From Azolla caroliniana (Eukaryota; Plantae; Polypodiophyta): 64,000 nt of DNA. The notes beneath the pieces are model-generated. The model did not search any database. It was not told the origin of the DNA and saw only the letters and a program-made list of their open reading frames with translations. The stretch is taken from positions 1,426,001 to 1,490,000 of the forward strand of contig JBHGNT010000016.1 in the NCBI GenBank assembly GCA_043228905.1. Direction: 5' to 3'. Each line of letters begins with the position of its first letter. Within the stretch, counting starts at the first letter, position 1. Positions 58,501 to 64,000 of the stretch are shown here, piece by piece. The position numbers were made by a program, and so were the translations under genes.

Positions 58501-61234
58501 GTCGACAAGAAGATATTCAGGAGTCGAGACATCATCTTCATGGAGGACAAGACACTCGCCGACTGGGAGTCGGAGAAGAAGATGAAGAGCTCCAAGTCGA
58601 CCGGTGAGGATCAACTCTACGAGGAGCAGTCCCGACCGGCAAGGGACCGGTTAGCACTCGAGGATCCGGCCGAAGACGGTGAAGAAACAGAACCGGCCGA
58701 AGAAGATGAAAATGATACCGGAACCGGCCCCGATCCCGAAATGGATTCGGATGAAGAAGAATCAGAAGAACCGGTTACCGAAGCTCCGGAACGGAGATAT
58801 CCTCTAAGAGAGAGAAGGGCCCCCCGGAGATTTCCGGAACCAGAGCACGTGCTGCTAACCGACGAGGGGGAGCCGGAGAGCTTTGAAGAAGCGAAGCATG
58901 ACACCCATAGCCGCAGGTGGTTAAGTGCCATGCACGAGGAGGTGGATTCCCTGCATGAGAACCACACATATGAACTTGTGGAGTTGCCGAAAGGAAAACG
59001 GGCACTCCGTAACAAGTGGGTGTTCAAGCTGAAACCGGGAGATGCCGGAAACCCCCCGAGATACAAAGCCAGGATCGTGGTGAAAGGGTTTCAGCAGAAG
59101 AAGGGCGTCGACTTCGACGAGATATTTGCCCCGGTAGTGAAGATGACCTCCATCCGGACGGTGCTGAGCATAGCGGCAAGCATGGACCTCGAGGTAGAAC
59201 AGATGGACGTGAAGACGGCATTCCTTCACGGTGACCTCGAAGAAGAGATCTACATGCAGCAACCGGAAGGATTCGAGAAGAAAGGGAAGGAGCACCTGGT
59301 ATGCCGGTTGAGGAAGAGTCTTTATGGTTTGAAGCAGGCTCCCCGGCAGTGGTACCGGAAGTTCGACTCCTTCATGACCGACGAAGGGTACCACAAGACG
59401 CAGTCCGATCACTGCGTGTTTGTGAAGAAGTTCGACGGAGGAGACTCTCTAATACTCCTCCTATACGTGGACGACATGTTGATCGTCGGACGGGACCGGG
59501 TCAAGATACGGATGCTGAAGAAGGCCCTTCACCGAACCTTCTCAATGAAGGACCTGGGTCCGGCGAGGCAAATACTAGGGATGCACATCATCCGGGACCG
59601 GAAGAAGAAGCAGTTGTGGCTGTCACAGGAGAAGTACGTGACAAAGGTGCTTCAACGGTTCAACATGTCGGAAGCAAGACCGGTCGGATCGACCCTCCCG
59701 GCAAACTGCAAGTTGTCCAGCAAGCAAAGTCCCAAGACAAAGGCTGAGAAGGAGGACATGATGAAAGTACCATATGCCTCTGCCGTCGGGAGCTTGATGT
59801 ACGCAATGGTGTGTACAAGACCGGACATAGGATATGCAGTCGGAGTGGTGAGCCGGTACATGAGCAATCCCGGCAAAGAGCACTGGAACGCGGCCAAGTG
59901 GATACTCCGATACCTGAAGGGCACGGCAAACGTGTGCCTCCGATTCGGCTCTGGTAAACCCGAACTCGACGGCTTCACCGATTCGGATATGTCGGCTGAT
60001 GCAGATACCAGCCGGTCCACATCAGGGTATGTGATGACGTATGCAGGGGGAGCTGTTTCCTGGCAGTCGAGGCTGCAGAAGACGGTTGCGTTGTCAACCA
60101 CGGAGGCGGAGTACATGGCGGCTGTTGAAGCCGGCAAGGAAATAATATGGATGAAGGACTTCATTAGAGAGCTCGGTATCCGACAGGAGGAGTACCGACT
60201 CTACTGCGACAGTCAGAGTGCCATCCACCTTGCGAAGAACGCGGCCTATCACTCCCGGACGAAGCACATCCAGCGAAGATATCACTGGATCCGGGAAAGG
60301 ATAGAAGACCAGGAGTTCGTGCTGACGAAGATCCACACGGACGAAAACGGCTCAGATATGCTGACCAAGGTGCTCAACCCCGAAAAGCTGGAAGCATGCC
60401 GAAAGAGGATCGGATTGGAGAGACATCCCATGCCGAAGTGAAGGGGGAGTTTGTTGGGATATCGGTCCCTCCGGATGGGATGTCCGGAGATGAATGACGG
60501 CAAGCCCGGTTACGGTTACGGAACCGGATGTAGATGTAGGCCCGGTGAGCGCACTCTCCGGATATGAAGAAGACCCGGCTACGGAGCCGGATGAAGAAGA
60601 CCCGGCTACGGAGCCGGATGAAGAAGACCCGGCTACGGAGCCGGATGAAGAAGACCCCGGCTACGGAGCCGGATGAAGAAGACCCCGGCTACGGAGCCGG
60701 ATGAAGAAGACCCCGGCTACGGAGCCGGATGATGAAGACCCCGGCTACGGAGCCGGATGACGAATGTACCCGGAGAGAGATCCGGATGCGGGGACATATT
60801 TGTGAATATGTTTGCCAAGGGCCCTCGAGGCTATATTTGTAAATAGCCCGAAAGTCATATATGTATAAATATGACTTAGGGCAAACAGTTTAAATGTTGT
60901 TGCTCATTTTATGTTCTAGCTGAGAGAGCGAAGTGAGTGCAGCCGAGAGAGAGAGAGAGATAGAAACGAAGAGGTCGACGCCTCTGTGTAATACCGCCGC
61001 CTGTGGCGAGGACAGCGAGCTCAAGGTCGTCGCCTTGCAGCTCGCCATTGTATATTCCAGTGTATAGTGATAGTTGGAGTCGTGCACTCCCGTGGTTTTT
61101 CCCGTTTAGGGTTTTCCACGTTATACCCTGTGTTTCCGTCTCTCTGTGTCTCTTTCCCATTTTCTGCTGTATTGATCCGTGTTGTCTCGGTTGTGGCCGA
61201 GAGGGGAAAGATTTGATAACGACAAATCCCATCA
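55582..61234 (+). mobile_element. Copia element C, intact and very young
   Basis: LTRs 55582-56337 and 60452-61234, appearing identical apart from one 27-bp repeat unit; TSD ATAAT; PBS 56341-56352; PPT AAGGGGGAG 60441-60449. Confidence 0.97.
56368..60441 (+). CDS. Copia gag-pol polyprotein (gag, PR, IN, RT, RNase H), 1357 aa
   Basis: CFHCGKPGHFRKNC, WVVDSGAS, LWHKRLCH, VHTDVC, RADNGGEY, QMDVKTAFLHG, LYVDDML, TKHI; no stops. Confidence 0.97.
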   Translation: MEGGGSGPPGMMVLNSQNYADWKIKMEDLLIVRDLYEPIDNAEIPKGVIESEWKLLNRKAVATIRQYVDVSVLQHVANDTNAYEMWRKLSGLYERKNALTRTSLMRKIVNLKYRDGESMVEHVSTFMGFVNQLAAIKFPLEDAMQAIILMCTLPESWENLVVTLSTSCTEDNLSLQTVKTSILNEEARRRDKEPASDSKALLTESERGRQWNRSPQRREKSGTRSQSRGRPTCFHCGKPGHFRKNCRHYRKDNGADDTDSKKSPERNGAYRGATDRRGSDRRGQDRKGTTALAASEEEIMLITEERELNLAGEEMTWVVDSGASFHLTPEKKYFSSYTAGEHGCVRMGNEGTCRIAGIGDVWLMTSTGCKMLLKDVRHVPEVRLNLISAGRLDDEGYTGSIRNGVMKFSKGSLIVARARKINTLYLMNSRLCPEELNVAADTAGELWHKRLCHMSEKGMKRLAEDNLIPVKHVHLEKCTDCLAGKQNRTSFHSRPPTRRSAPLELVHTDVCQVETKSHGGAQYFVTFIDDHSRKLWTAPLKTKDQVLSVFKELHARVERESGKKLKVIRADNGGEYRGQFQEYCRSKGIRLEFTVPKTPELNGLAERMNRTIMERVRSMLAHAKLPKGFWAEAMSTATYVINRSPSVPLDGDTPQRVWTGKEVSYRHLKVFGCLAFVHVAKDRRGKLDPKTRPCIFLGYGDDEFGYRVWDPVDKKIFRSRDIIFMEDKTLADWESEKKMKSSKSTGEDQLYEEQSRPARDRLALEDPAEDGEETEPAEEDENDTGTGPDPEMDSDEEESEEPVTEAPERRYPLRERRAPRRFPEPEHVLLTDEGEPESFEEAKHDTHSRRWLSAMHEEVDSLHENHTYELVELPKGKRALRNKWVFKLKPGDAGNPPRYKARIVVKGFQQKKGVDFDEIFAPVVKMTSIRTVLSIAASMDLEVEQMDVKTAFLHGDLEEEIYMQQPEGFEKKGKEHLVCRLRKSLYGLKQAPRQWYRKFDSFMTDEGYHKTQSDHCVFVKKFDGGDSLILLLYVDDMLIVGRDRVKIRMLKKALHRTFSMKDLGPARQILGMHIIRDRKKKQLWLSQEKYVTKVLQRFNMSEARPVGSTLPANCKLSSKQSPKTKAEKEDMMKVPYASAVGSLMYAMVCTRPDIGYAVGVVSRYMSNPGKEHWNAAKWILRYLKGTANVCLRFGSGKPELDGFTDSDMSADADTSRSTSGYVMTYAGGAVSWQSRLQKTVALSTTEAEYMAAVEAGKEIIWMKDFIRELGIRQEEYRLYCDSQSAIHLAKNAAYHSRTKHIQRRYHWIRERIEDQEFVLTKIHTDENGSDMLTKVLNPEKLEACRKRIGLERHPMPK

Positions 61235-61237
61235 ATA

Positions 61238-63763
61238 ATGCTCATTACCGAAGAGACAGAGCTGAACCTTGCCGGTGAAGAGATGACCTGGGTGGTCGAT
61301 TCCGGAGCGTCGTTCCACCTGACCCCAGAGAAGAAATACTTCTCATCCTACACAGCCGGTGAGCACGGCTGTGTCCGGATGGGAAATGAAGGTACATGCC
61401 GGATTGCCGGCATAGGAGACGTGTGGTTGATGACATCAACCGGATGCAAGATGCTGCTGAAGAATGTCCGACACGTTCCGGAGGTTCGATTGAACCTGAT
61501 TTCGGCCGGGAGGCTAGACGATGAAGGCTACACGGGTAGCATCCGGAACGGTGTCATGAAGTTCAGCAAAGGGAGCCTGATAGTGGCTCGGGCCCGAAAA
61601 GTCAACACGCTGTACCTGATGAATGCTCGGTTATGTCCGGAAGAGCTGAACGTGGCAGCCGACACTGCCGGTGAGCTGTGGCACAAGAGACTGTGCCACA
61701 TGAGTGAGAAGGGGATGAAGAGGCTTGCAGAAGACAACCTCATTCCAGTGAAGCATGTGCACCTGGAGAAGTGCACCGATTGCCTGGCCGGTAAGCAGAA
61801 CCGAACCTCCTTCCACTCAAGGCCACCGACGAGACGTAGCGCACCATTGGAGCTGGTGCACACTGATGTGTGTCAGATAGAAACGAAGTCACATGGCGGA
61901 GCCCAGTACTTCGTAACATTCATAGATGACCATAGCCGGAAGTTGTGGACGGCACCGTTGAAGACAAAGGACCAAGTATTGTCCGTCTTCAAAGATCTCC
62001 ACGCGAGAGTGGAAAGAGAATCCGGCAAGAAGCTGAAAGCGATACGAGCGGATAACGGAGGGGAATACCGGGGGCAGTTCCAGGAGTACTGTCGCTCGAA
62101 GGGAATTCGACTCGAGTTTACTGTGCCGAAGACGCCGGATTTGAACGGGCTGGCCGAGAGGATGAACCGAACCATAATGGAGAGGGTCCGGAGTATGCTG
62201 GCGCATGCGAAATTACCCAAGGGGTTTTGGGCTGAGGCAATGTCGACGGCGACATACGTGATAAACAAATCACCCTCAGTACCTTTGGACGGAGACACGC
62301 CGCAGAAAGTGTGGACCGGTAGGGAAGTATCCTACCGGCATCTGAAGGTGTTCGGGTGTCTCGCATACGTGCATGTGGCAAAGGACCGGAGAGGAAAGTT
62401 AGATCCAAAGACCCGGCCATGCATATTCCTCGGTTACGGCGACGACGAGTTCGGCTACCGAGTATGGGACCCGGTCGACAAGAAGATATTCAGGAGTCGA
62501 GATATCATCTTCATGGAGGACAAGACACTCGCCGACTGGGAGTCGGAGAAGAAGATGAAGAGCTCCAAGTCGACCGGTGAGGATCAACTCTACGAAGAGC
62601 AGTCCCGACCGGCATGGGACCGGTTAGCACTCGAGGATCCGGCCGAAGACGGTGAAGAAACAGAACCGGCCGAAGAAGATGAAAATGATACCGGAACCGG
62701 CCCGGATCCCGAAATGGATTCGGATGAAGAGGAAACGGAGGAGCCGGTTACCAAAGCTCCGGAACGGAGATATCCTCTAAGAGAGAGAAGGGCCCCCCGG
62801 AGATTTCCGGAACCAGAGCACGTGCTGCTAACCGACGAGGGGGAGCCGGAGAGCTTTGAAGAAGCGAAGCATGACACCCATGGCCGCAGGTGGCTAAGTG
62901 CAATGCAGGAGGAGATGGATTCCCTACATGAGAACCACACATATGAACTTGTGGACTTGCCGAAAGGAAAACGGGCACTCCGTAACAAGTGGGTGTTCAA
63001 GCTGAAACCGGGAGATGCCGGAAACCCCCCGAGATACAAAGCCAGGATCGTGGTAAAGGGGTTTCAGCAGAAGAAGGGCGTCGACTTCGACGAGATATTT
63101 GCCCCGGTAGTGAAGATGACCTCCATCCGGACGGTGCTGAGCATAGCGGCAAGCATGGACCTCGAGGTAGAACAGATGGATGTGAAAACGGCATTTCTTC
63201 ACGGTGACCTCGAAGAAGAGATCTACATGCAGCAACCGGAAGGATTCGAGAAGAAAGCGAAGGAGCACCTGGTATGCCGGTTGAAGAAGAGCCTTTACGG
63301 ACTGAAGCAGGCTCCCCGGCAATGGTACCGGAAGTTCGACTCCTTCATGACAGACGAAGGGTACAACAAAACGCAGTCCGATCACTGCGTGTTTGTGAAG
63401 AAGTTCGAAGGAGGAGACTTTCTAATACTCCTCCTGTACGTGGACGACATGTTGATCGTCGGACGGGACCAGGTCAAGATACGGATGCTGAAGAAGGCTC
63501 TTCACCGAACCTTCTCAATGAAGGACCTGGGTCCGGCGAGGCAAATACTAGGCATGCACATCATCCGGGACCGGAAGAAGAAGCAGTTGTGGCTGTCACA
63601 GGAGAAGTACATGACGAAGGTGCTTCACCGGTTCAACATGTCGGAAGCAAGACCGGTCGGGTCAACCCTCCCGGCAAACTGCAAGTTGTCCAGCAAGCAA
63701 AGCCCCAAGACAAAGGCTGAGAAGGAGAACATGATGAAAGTACCATATGCCTCTGCCGTCTGA
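61238..63763 (+). pseudogene. PR-IN-RT part of the Copia B polyprotein (premature stop)
   Basis: Near-identical to the corresponding part of the element C protein; stop in YASAV*SLMY. Confidence 0.9.
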
Positions 63764-64000
63764 AGCTTGATGTACGCAATGGTGTGTACAAGACCGGACA
63801 TTGGATACGCAGTCGGAGTGGTGAGCCGGTATATGAGTAATCCCGGCAAGGAGCATTGGAACGCGGTCAAATGGATACTCCGATACCTGAAAGGCACAAC
63901 AAACGTGTGCCTTCGATTCGGCTCCGGTAAGCCCGAACTCGACGGCTTTACCGATTCGGATATGTCGGCTGATACAGATACCAGCCGGTCCACATCTGGG

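Larger units (their letters stand above)
54020..64000 (+). mobile_element. Copia element B (5' LTR 54020-54652), interrupted by Copia C and running off the window
   Basis: PBS 54656-54667; gag 54683-55581 continues at 61240 (EEEI|MLITEE); TGA at 63761-63763 where element C has Gly. Confidence 0.92.

Noticed and set aside
56413-63993. Many antisense and alternative-frame ORFs over Copia pol
   Set aside because: Shadow ORFs expected in GC-rich coding DNA; no recognisable motifs

Overview
Eukaryotic land-plant nuclear DNA. A fern or other non-seed plant is inferred from the PLS-class PPR fragments, a Tcn1-like chromovirus and a divergent plastid trnA intron. The window is dominated by nested transposable elements. 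The only intact host gene is an intronless PR-1 (CAP) gene at 6995-7531. Other contents: an apparently intact hAT element (404-4015, 8-bp TSD); MITEs; L1 fragments; a mosaic plastid insertion (16S rRNA plus trnA intron); scrambled PPR pseudogene fragments; an RT-less Copia; a Tcn1-like chromovirus with a Tf1-type self-priming signature and tRNA-like cassettes in its LTRs; a Gypsy element with a 4-bp TSD and a -1 frameshift signal; and a triple nest of CCGG-rich Copia elements, the innermost intact (55582-61234). The most novel candidate is a large Sola2-like DNA transposon (~41505 to >52857). It carries a spliced DDD transposase and a convergent gene with a degenerate FCP1/NIF-type HAD phosphatase domain, and both genes have introns filled with the same palindromic TAGCTAATTAGCTA repeat. 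Family names come from motif recognition by eye; no database searches were run.
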